64,000 nucleotides of DNA from Phoronis australis. Taxonomy: Eukaryota > Animalia > Phoronida. The first letter of the stretch is position 1; each line of letters begins with the position of its first letter. Location: assembly GCA_002633005.1 (NCBI GenBank), contig NMRA01000021.1:1390077-1454076 (forward strand), written 5' to 3'. The notes below the pieces were generated by a model. It worked only from the letters and a program-made list of their open reading frames with translations, was not told the DNA's origin and ran no database searches. This document shows positions 48,699 to 61,800 of this stretch, one piece after another. The position numbers and the translations under genes are program-made.

Positions 48699-50222
48699 CA
48701 GGGTCTTAACTGGGTTTCAAAACACCGCTCGCCAGCTGGGCGAGTGAGCCAGAAAATGTACTTGCCCAGCCCGAAGTTCAGTCGCCCAGTGGTTTGCGTC
48801 ACTTGCTGCCAATGTCAACAAACATCGTTTCGTGTGTTGTTGTCACCATCTGTTAGGGCTAGTATCGTTTTCAGAAAATGAATTTCTACTAAGAAATTTT
48901 CGACTCAGATGAATTCCCAGCAACGCAAGACGTTGCCTTGGCGCAAAGCTATATGCAAATATAGGTTACAGCTACGGCGCCGATTTGAGTAAAAGACTGA
49001 CCAGATAAAAGTTTAAATTTATTAAAAACTGCACTCTTCCTCACCCCTGACACCAAAATGGAAGCGCCCAACCAAAATCAACTTGTCATTAAACTCAAGT
49101 CAAACATTCTGTGCACATCCACGTGGTCGAAAACTTATTTTCTGAACTTTTGATTTGCCTGGTGACTTTTTACAAGATGTGTGTTTGCTTCATCATTCCG
49201 GTAGCCAACCGAGCACCCCTATGCATTTTAGTAATATCCTGGGATTGTTGAGCATGTGCTTTGAATAAACATGGTTTTGGCTTTGAACTAAAAAAAAGAA
49301 ATATACAATGTATATAAAATGTTAAATTCTTCAAACTAAGCTCATAGTATTCAGTTAGAAAATCTGTCAATCATTAGCACCTGCTTGGTTGCCAAGCTTT
49401 AAGTTCCTGGCAAAGTATTCAGTAAGAAGACCTGTCAATCATTAGCAGGTGTTTGGTTGCCTAGGTGTCCAGCGGAAGCGAATCTTTACAAAACCAAGTG
49501 CTTCCCTTAGAAATGCACCGGGAACTAGCGGAATCTTGCTTGATCTGTCTTTTCTCTCAAGAAACTTGCCCTACTGAACGTAGGCCTACCTGTAGGAATA
49601 CCTTTGTTCTAAGAAATGACGAACAGCCACCGAAGTACGTAAAAACCTAATCATACTCGGGATCACGACGCCACTGTATCGTGCACTACAGGCCGTTGGA
49701 AGTCCGTTATTTCAATCCCTCAACCTATCTTTTAACTGATATGCTTGAAGTCCGACGTCGGTGTAGCTCCGTGAGAGTAAACACGGTCTTCCGTGCAGTA
49801 AGCAACAAATCAAGACTTTTCAAAAATTTCTGTTTTAACCGCCTAGCCCGTTTTTAGATTCCCAATTTCACTTGCTGTAAGCACATGGACCAGTCTTCCA
49901 CCTTCCCCCTTTTTCTTTGTTTCGGGCAAGTCCACAAATTCCTTTGTCTAGACGAATCACTACTGAATCGGTAGGAGAGCACACGGCGCCGATGTTTTTT
50001 ACTGCCGGAGCATCGACGCGCTGACCAAACTGAACCTTTGTTTTCATGATAAAAACAGCACAAGGAGGAGAAAATGTATTTATGTTAATCTGGGAAACGG
50101 TAGAGTCCTTTGGCACTCTGAAAATTCGCTCGCCACCTGGGCAACCGGAAAGACAATTTCTACTCGCCCAGCACCATTTTTACTCGCATTGGCGACTGGG
50201 CGAGTGGCTAAGTATATCCCTG
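48699..50222. mobile_element. hAT-like family A, copy 3
   Basis: cagggtctta ... gtatatccctg; ctata on both flanks; both ends homologous to 39699-41668 but with a different interior. Confidence 0.8.
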
Positions 50223-52159
50223 CTATAATTGCCTTTTTCTCACTTTTCAATGATCTTTAACCAGAGTACGTGCAAAGTTAACCTAGATAATTTAACTGCA
50301 TACAAACATCAAACTGGAATAAATCAACTGAGGGTCCATGAATCTTGAGGTTAAAGCAATGTATGAACTATGTGGTCCATAGTTGTGTTGTGAAATTGAG
50401 AATGCAATTGCCATATTAAGAAACCTGAAACAATGGTACCAGATCGACAGGTTTTGCTGCATGGGGCTTTTAAGAGAAACTGATTTAATATTATCAAGTG
50501 TACTGTTTTGTTCTGTGAAACAAAGGAGTTGTATGGTATTGATTTTCTTAATTAAAGCTGTATCTTACCCCTGTTCAGATGCCCAATGGCTTCGGGGCTT
50601 AAAAACAATAGGCATCCAATCTTAAATGTTTGTCAACTAAGCGGGTAACTCAGATGTCACAGGCAACGCGTTCATGTGCAACTCATGCATGGGCAATTTT
50701 AGAATTGGTCAACCCCAACAAGCCGAACAATTTGAAGAGTTGCTGATGTATTTGACATTTTTGTTGGTAGTGGAGATAGAATCTTATAACAGTACAGAAT
50801 ATCCTGCGAATGGTTTAAGATATGAAACGGTCTATTTCGTTTTCAGATAATAAATATAGAAAGGCTAGTCTGAGGTTTGAAGATGCCTCAGATCTAGCCT
50901 TTACGAAATAGTAAAACAATTAATATTCAACATATAAAGAACAATAAATGTAAGTTAAAAGGAGAGGAGGGCGTGTAGAGTTTTTGTATACCTTTCTGAC
51001 GTACACTCACGCCGTGTGTATATAATGAAAGAGCTCAAATTATTAAGAGGCTCATAGATATATACATATATCTAGATAAACCATTACGAAAATTCTTATC
51101 TAATGTATAACATCGTGTAACAACACTATGTACTAATTGTCTATATGTCAATACAACAGAACTTAAAATCTCTCAAGAACGGCACTTGGTAAAATCGAAT
51201 AAAAATTATTGGTGAGATTTTGAGGAACTCAAGAACATAAACAACCATGATCCGGAAGCTTGTTACTCTAACGTAATAAGTGAGTGTAAGGAGATCCATT
51301 TACATACCAACTTTGAAAAGGTCCGATCAAATGATCACGGAAGAAGTGCTCTGCAAACACAAAAGTGGCCATCACAGCGCCATCTTGCATCTGATTTCGC
51401 CCAAGACATCTCATTTCTCCAATAACGGTTGATTTCTGTACACTTCCAGCATAATACCTAAAGGCATGCGTGTAGACCTGTCTGCTTACATATCCACCTT
51501 TGTGTCTGAGGTATCTGCCACATTAATGCTTATAAACATGCGTAACTTCAGTTAAAAAGTGTTTAAGATAGCAGGTTTGGTGTCAAAAACGATTTGTCGT
51601 AAATGACCCAACCATGTCTAGTACCCGGATTTTCTGTAGATAAGTTCATAGGTGTATACGTTCAGAAAATGAAAATTTTCAGGCATTTTAGTAATACCGA
51701 ATGACGACCCGGGTGTTTATACACAATACGGGGCATGTAAATGGAAAGTCAAAGTTTTGCTGACTTAGAAATTCTTTACTTAAAATTGTGTTTGTTAATA
51801 AATGCACAATTCGCCAGCACCTTGTTTTTTATGAATGATAAATGCTCCACAAAACTGAATTTGTGAAAAAAGTTGATGCTGTATAGGCTTTTAAGATGAA
51901 ATTTTCCGAATAAGTACCCCCACCTTCTGGACATTTGACACCAGTAGTTGTAACACCAAATGCCCATGGGCGTTTATTCGGCATAATTTTCATCATTTCA
52001 TTGGGTGGGCTGATCAATGAATATCCCGGTAAGTATTGTGAGGAGGTGTTGGAGAATAATACTGCAAGATGCGGGCTATGTGAGTCCCCTAGGTACGTCA
52101 TTAGTGCGTAGGTCAGAATTTTTGTTCTCACGTTTACAAGTTGATTACAACTGTTCTTT

Positions 52160-52614
52160 AGTGCCATTTACACTCCAAAAGTTGACACGGATCAGCTGAC
52201 ACGGATCAGCTGACACTGAACGAGATGTTCCAGCGCAAGTATGTGTGTAGACGGGACTGAAATGAAGCAAATTGACACCGCGGTGACAACTTTTGCCACC
52301 CATTTGTGAGGTAGAGCAATTCACTTGATCATCTTCCTTCGTGTCAATTATATGTCTAAACACGGCAACTAAACTGGGGAAAGGCAAAAAGGATCATCTT
52401 TATTGTGCTTGTGCAATGACCCACATATGGGTTCTCTGTCTCGATCTGCAACTCCTGCTATTTGAAAACCTGGGCATGTGCATTCCACTCTCCAGCCTAC
52501 AACTTCAGTCTTGCCACAGTTACTGAGATGTGTGTGTGTTAACAGCTGCTTGACACCGATCAATTTGCTCCGTGTCAGTTGCGCCGGGCCAAAAGTTGAT
52601 GTCGTAACGGGACT
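52160..52614. mobile_element. Harbinger-like MITE with tgacacggatcagc repeats
   Basis: Imperfect TIRs agtgccatttac / gtaacgggact; related sequence at about 56100-56400 (cgcatttacat...gacacggagcagctgac). Confidence 0.55.
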
Positions 52615-53519
52615 TTAGTTTGGCGTAGTTGACGTTCAAATAGCATTGTCCTTTAGTTCCTGCAATACAATAGCATAGTTAGGCTCAGCATGCAAGTATA
52701 TCTTTTTAATACTCTTTAATCCTATAGAAATCTATCTTAGCATTAATTTATTAAAGTAACATATTTTGTTGTTTCAGTGGTTGAAATAGAATTCGTATTT
52801 TTGCTCATGATTGTAGTGACAGTCTAACGCAATCTCTAGTTAAAAATCATTTCTTTGGTGTTCCCTGCATAAATACACTGTCATGATTAGAATCGAGCTG
52901 AAGGTGATTTTGTAAATTTATCCATTTTGCTTGAAGACTTGGGCATTTCTGTGAGTCATCATGGAGTCTGGTTATTTCTTTGTCATTAAGGATCATTGAT
53001 TACAACATAAAGGAATTGTTAAAGCATGCATTAAGCCTTCTGAGAGGGATTAAATTACACTGTTTATGGTGGGTGAGGCTTAACAAAGGCCTTTTGGGAG
53101 GATACCTTTGCACTAATTGTTGATCATTTTTGAGATTTAAGTAGGTGTAGACTTGCACAGCATAGTTAATGATCGAAACATGTAGTTTAATGTTATAGTG
53201 TGAGGCAAGGCATTGTGTATCCAGAGAAAATGTCATGAAGGAATGTCTGTTTATGTGGTTCGTTTAGATTTTGGTAAAATGTTCGTAATCTAGTGTCTTT
53301 TTACAATTAGAAATATTTCACATTTTCTTATTGGCTACATACTCAAACTTGTTTCGAAATAATTGACTTTAGTTTGCATATTTTTGGAAAAATTGGTGTT
53401 TAATGCAATAATTTTTTACCTTGATTAACCTTAAATTGTTTTGAGTCATCTGCAGATGTGTAGCAGCACGACCATCTCTCAAGTTTCCTCTTGATCTGGT
53501 ACGTGAAAGTGAGTTACCA

Positions 53520-53702
53520 GTTAGACTTAAGACAGAAATTTGGTATTACGGTCCAAGTTCAGTATTTCTAAAAGATGTAAAGCTAAGTAATTACGAGCGC
53601 ATCTCATTTGAGAAATAATTTTAGGAAATCATCTGAGTGACTAGCAGTTATGTGCATATTCTCAGACTTGACACTTTTGCACAAGTGAGATTTAAATTAG
53701 TT
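53520..53702. repeat. Dispersed repeat with an inverted copy at about 58050-58230
   Basis: cagttatgtgcatattctcagacttgacacttttgcacaagtgagatttaaatt versus aattaaatctcacttgagctaaagtctaagtgtctgagagtataagcataactg. Confidence 0.6.
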
Positions 53703-53844
53703 GTATGGACTATAAGGCCAACTTTCTGACAAAAGACTCAAGACACATCTCATGAAACACACACCTGATGGTGACCAAGAAATTAAAGGGAACACGTCAT
53801 TACCATGTACATTTTAAATTTATCAATCGTGGCTGAATGATCCT

Positions 53845-54112
53845 TACCCGGGTGAGAATTTGACACGTTTGACACGCTCTAAAAACGTGGAGTATTGGAA
53901 CGCCCTAAAAGCGTGTCGAACGTGTAAAACGTGGCGTGTCAAATGTGTAAAATGTAGCGTGTCAAAAACGTGTAATTTTCGTTCCAATACTCCACTCTAG
54001 CGTGTCATGTTTTTACACGTTTTACACGGCAATTTTGACACATATTACACGTTTTTTGACATGTTTGACACGATCAAAAGCGTGTCAAACGTGTAAAATT
54101 CTCACCCCGGTA
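53845..54112. mobile_element. Palindromic MITE with ACACG/CGTGT repeats
   Basis: tacccgggtgagaatttgacacgtttgacacg / cgtgtcaaacgtgtaaaattctcaccccggta; partial copy of one end at about 55005. Confidence 0.85.
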
Positions 54113-55319
54113 CTGGCAAGTTGAATGGAGCTAAAATGGTCACATTGCTACTGCATTCAAATTTGGGCAACACTTAATTGATGCCTATGTTATTTATTTT
54201 TGGAATCTTTCTTATTCATAGTTCAATACTAAGGTTGCATAACCTTTCTAGTCATGTGGCAATTATTCTTACTTTGTTACATTTGAAGGCACTAGCTATG
54301 TTGTCATGCTTGAACAAGACCGAATATTTTTTATCAGTGATCGTCAAAAAAATAAGTTTTGCTTGGTGACAGCATGAGGGATTAAGAAAAGCTAACTTGC
54401 ATTGTATTATCGGTCAGCATTCTTATTCAAGCTTCCGCAGCAATGATCACCGAGCGGCAAAGCTATTCAAGCTTGACATTCAATGTTGAAAAGGTGACTG
54501 TCTTTACATGCTCATACAACTTCTAAACATTTTTGGCTTTAGTATTTTTCATGGTCACTGAACACTGGTTAGGATCAAGTAAATTCAAGCTTGGGGAAAA
54601 ATCTTAAGGTTGGGCAGACTACTCAGCTTGAAGAAGCGTGTTCAGAATTAGGCAAGGAAAGTATTTGTCCTGAGAGGACTCCTGTTGGTATCCCTTCCAA
54701 CTCTTTCTATGGAGAATTACCCCCAGAGAATACTCTGATGTTCGACTGATTATGATATCGAAATCGTTAGAAAGAAAAATAAACTAGTCAAAACCCTTAC
54801 GTCAATGTAACTGGAAATTGTAGTTGCTCATGAGTTTTCTGCTGCCTCGTAGTGTCTGGTCTGTTTTGTGTCATGAATGTGGGCTTCATTTTTGATCAGA
54901 TGATTAGTTTATTATGGTGAAACATATAAGCCGAATCCCAACACAAGTTTCTTGATAAGTTATATCCCGTTTTCTGTCATTTTAGTCTCCACCCACTCCG
55001 TTATGACCTGGGTGAGAATTTTACACTTTGACATGCAACTTTGTTGCCATTTCCAGCAGTCTTTCTCTCATTTCAGTTCACTAGCAGATCTAGGAAGTTG
55101 AAAGTGGGCAAACCCATGTTTTTGAAGGAATATCTTTGTAAGCCTCAGAGTTTGAATTTTTCCTTTTTTAAAAGGATTTCGTCTTTTTTGGTTTCAATTT
55201 CCTAGTATTTGATTTCTAGTTTCTTCTTTCTTGTCTTTTTTATCATTATTTTAACTTATTTCATGCCAAAACATTTATTTCAATTAAATTTTACAACACA
55301 AGCCTTTTTATTTGTGAGA

Positions 55320-55577
55320 CAATATATGAAATAGGGGACCTTTGCACTAATGAGTACCTGTGGGCTTACATAGCCCGCATCATGCAATGGTATTCCCCAG
55401 CACCACGACACCATACTTACTAGACACGGTTCAGGGAATTGTAGAGGAACATTTTCGCCACAGAACTCGTTCTTAAAAACATTTATCAATTTTCAATGTA
55501 CTTCATATGTTGCGTTTCCAACTAATTTGGCTAAGCAATCACAAGATAAAGAATTAGCGTGCAAGTTCCACTTTAAG
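55320..55577 (-). mobile_element. Kolobok-like (TTAA) MITE end; related segment on + at about 52040-52100
   Basis: Terminus gtgcaagttccactttaa; gatgcgggctatgt(g/a)ag motif shared in inverted orientation. Confidence 0.45.
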
Positions 55578-58500
55578 CAGTAAGTTCTGAGGAATGTGTG
55601 CTTTAAATGTTCTTAAGTAATATTCTGCAACTGCCTAATACTCTTCGACTTGTGATCTGTTTTGTATTGCGAAGTGAGCAAAAACAGTTACGTTCCGCGC
55701 TTTTGTATGAAACTGTATTTTTGTAGCCTATTCAATCAATTCCAATAAGCTTAATTTCTGATATGTCAAGAGTCCTAAAAATAGTCCCTCTTTTGACTCA
55801 TAGTTGAAGACTGATGTCTATTAAGTTAGCTCTGAACGTTTAGTGGGTGATGTGTGACGAGAGGGTGTGAACAATCGTATTGGGAGAATCAATATCTTCG
55901 CAGCAAACACTATCAAGCTTGTTCTGGTATTAAAAACACCAGCATCCTTCTCAGGTGTATTTTACATGCTTCTCCAATGCTACGTAACCACATTCCTACT
56001 TCGAATGGAAATTGGTGACACTAAGTACCAAACTTCAGTGGAATTTCCTTGACTGCCGTTCTGTCTTGCTGACTGAAATTGACAGGCAGTGACAAATAAT
56101 TTACAGTCGCATTTACATGAGGAGCACTCGACACGGAGCAGCTGACATGGAGCAGTTGATGGGTGCAAGTATGAGCGTAAACAAGACGGACATGGAGAAA
56201 ACTGACACTGCAACGGCCATTTATTTTATTGGTTTCAGTGATATATTAAGTTGCACGGCAGTTAGTTGCTCCGGTATCAACTACATGTCTAAACACAAAC
56301 TGGGGCAAAACAGAAGAGATCGATTTTATTGCGCTTTGGCATACATATGGTTGTAGGTCAGGCCGTGTCATGACAATTCTCGCCGTGTCAAAGTGTTCCT
56401 TATTTAAAAACAGCTTATAAATGGTCCTCAAGTTCTGAAGCAATAAGCACTTGCCAGTTGTTCTCACTTGTGGAAATCTTTTCAAACGGTAGCTAAAGGA
56501 ACAATGAGACCAGTTTAATTACTGAGAGTGGCCCAAGTCAAAGAATGTTTTTGGGGCAGAAAACAAACCACAGGCTTATTGCAGCTTTCAAAAACTGCCA
56601 GCTCCTCAGAGGCCTGCTAGTGCTTCTGTTTCGCAAAGCACAAATGCAATTATCACTTAACCCAATCCTAATGAGCTAGCCGTGCTGACAAAATGCATTT
56701 CCACCATGAACATTTTGTGACATTAGACTCTTTTTTTGGTAACTAACAACAATGGTTGTATGAACGGTGATCTTTGCAAAGAACTTACGAAAAGGCTGTG
56801 AAAACCTTTTCCCTTAAATTTCTAAATGCAGATCAAAGGAATGGAGTGTAGATGCTCACTGACCATTGTCCACTCTTAGTTCTATATTGCCATCTAGTAA
56901 TAAAGTATACATTATTATATGGCTATCATCTCAGTGGGGAAAGGACTATTATAAAAGAATATTCTGTGGATTTATTTCAATTATTATTAGGATTGCATGT
57001 GTCATCCACAGACTGTTGTCTCTTTGGGCAAAAATCTGAACATGTTGCTTAGGCTCAAGAAGGCTGGTAGTTTTCAAACGTGATAAATTAACATTTTTTA
57101 TTTTTTGAAAGTTTCAAATGCCCGAAGTTTTACCATGTATTGTTTGGTGACAGCTGTACAATACAAACTGTCAACACTGAAGCAAACTTTGTAATTTTTT
57201 GTTTTGAAATTAGTCAAAATGAAATTCAATTCTTAAACATGTCATTATGTTTCCTAAACTGAAGAATTTTTACCTTGGTTCAAGATTAGTTAAATTGCAT
57301 TTTTCTCTCAATTATAAATTTTCTAGTATATTGTCTTGTTGTAGAGAGCTTACCAAAATTTTTGTCGATATTGGTACACATTGCGCTTTTGCTTTATATT
57401 TTAACTTGATATTGAAACTGGTGTTGTAAACAAGAAAAAAATTCTCAGTTTCAACAGCCTCTATCCTACAAAATTGATTGACTCCTCAGCCATGACTGCG
57501 TTACTGGAAGCTTTCTATCATGTAAATGCTTTGATTCACCAGCATCAGAAACTGAAATTCTATTTATAAATTGTTCATTAAGTTTAAATAATTTAACTTT
57601 TTTGCCATGTTCCCAATTCAGGCCTCAGTTTTGTCACATTAATTCTTCACTTTTGTCTTGCCCAAAGTAACTGTCAAAAATTGTCAGTTTTAGACTTTTC
57701 GAACTCCCGAATGCCTTTTTTGAAAATAATAGAAACCTACATTGTACATTTTAAGCAAACTGCGGCTCAAACTTTTCTTACTATGCGTTTGCTGAGAAAT
57801 TCCGACACCATGAAATTCCAGTTGTCCACCAAATTGTGCTTTAAATATTGGGCAGCTGTCACATTGTGCCACTATGCAAGAGAAGGTGTATCTTCAAGAG
57901 TAAGAGGAGACTTTGTGAAAGTGATTTGATCTTGCACATAACTATTTCTGAAAAATAATTAAATCTTATTGAAAGATCTTGCTCTGACAAACACAAGTAA
58001 AATTTTAATAAAGACGTGTCACTACATTTTAGAAAAGTTGTCTAGTATTCAAATTAAATCTCACTTGAGCTAAAGTCTAAGTGTCTGAGAGTATAAGCAT
58101 AACTGTTACTTACTGAGATAATTTCTGCAAATTATTTCTAGACTGTAAGGCTTTCCAAATTACTTCGCTAAACCTTTTTTCAGCAAATCCGAAATGGCAG
58201 TTTAAGACGGAATTTCTGTCTGAAGTCATTTTCGTGAAAGAGGCTCAAGAGCTCTGTTTCAAGGAACTGACAGAATTTTGGTCTGATGCTGCAAATAATG
58301 TTTCTGAAAAATGATTAAAACTCACTTTAAAAAATTATAGCATTTGAGGAATAGGTTATCTCAGAAAAATTGCACAAATTATTTCCAATCAGAAGTGATA
58401 GTAATACACGACTAAACCGTTATTTGGTAATTGTTTGTTTTGTGTTTTGTATCCTGCTGTCATTGCCAAAGAACATTATTTGAAAAATTTCACTCATGTT

Positions 58501-60351
58501 ATTCAAGACTATGAAATGGAGTTTGTCAAAAATGAGGAAATTGATCTGCAATGAAATACCATTGTCATTTACTGTAATCTTCTAAATTCAGGAGCTTAAA
58601 TTGTGAGTTGATTTTTGAGCCTATAACATTAAAATTTAGAGGTGATTGGGTGTTTAGCTGAATGACTGGACGCTTGCTCATTGTATATCACTTTTCAGAA
58701 AAGCTTGTGAATTTCGTGAAAATTGCAGGTTTTTGTCAAAGATATAGCAAAATTCAGAGACCAGCCAAAAAGTTGAATCGTTTAAAAATTAGTTTAAACT
58801 TTTTTCTTCGAAATTTTATCAACACTTTTTTGACAACTAATATGAGTAACTCATTCAGTCAAAATGTTCTGGATTCGTAGTGGGGGAGAACAGTGGTCTG
58901 ATAGTGGCATCATGTCCAATGCTATCACAAAAAGTCAATTGAATGGCATATCCCAGATGACACTGGATTGTTCATAGTGCTTGGCCCACCCCATGGTTGT
59001 GTGAGACAAATCTGTATAGCTCAGGCAGCCTAGTTTGAGGTCTTCCCATAGTGTGATTTTGAAGATATTTATTATTACCATTCAATGTTACCTATTCCAC
59101 ATTCTGAGAATAATGTATTGTTGCTATTCATTCTTCAAATGATGCTGTTTCAAAAAACAGACACACAGCATTTTCCACATCGCCTGATTCAGCATGTTTT
59201 TCTGACTGATTTTGTAAGGGATCATACCAACATGTCAATTCCAAACAAAAAACAATTGCCAATATTACTCCGTATTTATTTTGCTAAGCTGTCTTACATT
59301 GTTGAATACTTCTCGATTTCTCAAGATATTGTCTCATCATAGCTATGGAACGAAATTTGAAAGGTTTGAACCATTAAATTGGTCCATTCCTGTATTTTAT
59401 GAAAAAGTGTGGATATGGAATTGATGTGCTCTTTTGTATATGTTGTTAGCATTTATCAGGTTTGCATAATCATCCCATTGTATTTTATACTTAACACCTG
59501 GTTAGAATTTTGAAATGATTCTCTGTAGACTGCTACCAAGGAAACCCTTCCTTGTGGAAATTGATTCCTCAATCCCGGTGTTGCATTAAATATGTTTTGT
59601 GTTGGAAATATGACAATTAAGTTTTCGTAACGAGCTTTGGTGGCAGTTAAACCTGTTTTATTTTTATATTTGCATGTAATGCTTCACAGAAGGCTGACTT
59701 TTGTTGCGTATATTTCCGTAATTCTTTGCTTCATTTGCACAAAAATCACCTCAAAGGGAAATTACCTTGCTGTAAATTGTACTTAATGCTGTTTTTAGCG
59801 TTTATATGGTTATGAAATCATTGGCAAGTAAATAAAGGACTGAAATGTTCTATTTTGTGAAGCAATTTAATAAAGTAAAGTTTCATTTGCCTACGGTTAT
59901 GTGCTAAATGGGGGAAGAACTATTTGCATATTCATCGTTTAATGTAGGTCCTGGAAATTGAAACTGGGTTATGCATTACGTATTTTGATATTCAATCCGT
60001 TGGCTCAGAGCAATTGATTTGGGAAAATGAGTGTTACTTCTTGAGATAAGTTTTGATCAATCTAGCAAGACATGGATTTTCAGTATTTTACTGAAAGTTT
60101 CGGATGTATTTTGATGGTTAGGTTGCAAAATATGTGTTCCATGCTTTCATGTTATTGGTTGCATGTATTTCTACAGTCAAGGGACTGAGAAATCAGAAGT
60201 TTGGGCACCTTTCCATCATATTTCACAAAAGCAAGCCATTCCCCTGTGCCTCCCGTTGTGAAGGCTAAATACCTCCTGGTAAATGTAGGTGGCGCTATGA
60301 GTCACCGGTCCCATGTGACCAGTCCCCATTATTCCCAGAAAGCCTCTCATT

Positions 60352-60457
60352 GAAGTAGGATTTTTGGTCTGTCCGATTTTGGTCAGTCTGATTTTTGGTC
60401 TTACCGATTTTTTGGTCCACCCAATTTTTTGGTCCATTCGATTTTAGATCCACTCCC
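60352..60457. repeat. Mini-element made of about 15-bp gatttttggtc tandem units with short inverted ends
   Basis: gaagtaggat...atccactcc flanking five to six gatttttggtc(c/t)-like units. Confidence 0.75.
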
Positions 60458-61641
60458 TGTAGAGCGGTTATAGAACGACTTGTGTTTCAAAATCTTATGC
60501 TCCACTGAGTGCAGCAATGAGGTTTCTCGGGAACCCAAGCTATTAGAAGTCTGGGGTCCACAATTCCCTTCTTTTGTCATAATTTTTGAGAGTCCGTTCC
60601 TGCAATGAGATGTGACCCAAATTTTCACTTCTACTGGTCGGCACAACTTTGAGGAGCCCATGTATCAATGAGGCGGGTACCCAATTCCATGCGATCATTA
60701 GGCACTTTGCTGCATTTTTTATTTTAATGGATTGCCCGCCTCCAGGTCGCTACAATTTTTAACACCCCTTGTGGAGATGGTGCCCTGATTTTGCACGGGT
60801 CCCACGCTATAGCTTATTCAGCGTGATAGATAATTCAGCTCTGATGTTCTGTCCCCAAACATCGTGCGAAGAATCAATGATCAATATATGCCTCCGTTGA
60901 TGTCTGTGTACCCGGCGACTGCGTTAACAACTAACTTCCCTGCTTTACATAATTGTAGAATGTCTGGAATTTTGTAAAATGTCTGCTACCTACATTTCTG
61001 CTACTGGAAGTTGCCCTCATTACGAGTGAGGCTGTTTCCAGTTATTATTTCAATTCATGATTACCCTCGTCATCAGCATCAATCTCTAGACCACTTGTTA
61101 ATCGTTTTGTTTCGTTATTTGTTCTAAAATATCGGCTCTGTAGATATGTAGTTTTTTTTGAATTTTCAGAACAAGAACAATGTCATGAATTGCCCTCTTT
61201 CTTTTTAAGGTCTTCCAACTTTGTTGAGAATGACCACTGTTTTTCAAAATAAAGTCAGTTGGTTATTATTTTTACAGAATATTTCCGTACAGTTTTTAGT
61301 TTACTACATTCACTGTTGTCGGGCAGTTCAGAGTCACACCGCTGCATTTCCACAAAAGATTGTGTTGCGACAACACTAGGTTTAATTTGCGCCATTATTT
61401 GAAACTCGTTGCTAATTGTACCTATTCTCGTCTGTGCAAAACCTTTATTGGAAAATGGTTTTGTAAGAAATTACTAGTTGAGCTCAAGAAGTCCATAACA
61501 ACAGGCGTGTCTAAATGTCTGTTTCGGTGGTATAGTTACCAGTTTTCAAACGCTAAGTTCAAATGTAATTGGCTAAAGATGGCCTTGTTGGAAATTATGG
61601 CGCTGTTGGTCTTGAACAGCTCTATTCTCTCTTTATTTTCA

Positions 61642-61800
61642 GCTACCATGTTTGTGAACACCCTCACGCCCAAGTTTTACGTGGCTCTCACCGGAACATC
61701 GTCGCTCATTTCTGGACTCATACTGGTGAGTTCACTCTTGTCTGTCCTGCGTGTTTGAAGAGTTTTGATTTTCGTCTCCGTTATTGTAACAAAAGATGCG
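61642..61800 (+). pseudogene. Degenerate C2H2 zinc-finger-like fragment
   Basis: HFWTHTGEFTLVCPACLKSF resembles the HxxTHTGEKPxxCxxCxKSF linker; preceded by ttttcag; zinc ligands incomplete and a stop follows soon after. Confidence 0.4.

Noticed and set aside
60352-60457. Possible CRISPR-like repeat array (also considered for 6545-6792 and 36740-36905)
   Set aside because: Units are adjacent with no unique 25-45 bp spacers, there are no cas genes, and the context is an intron-containing eukaryotic locus.
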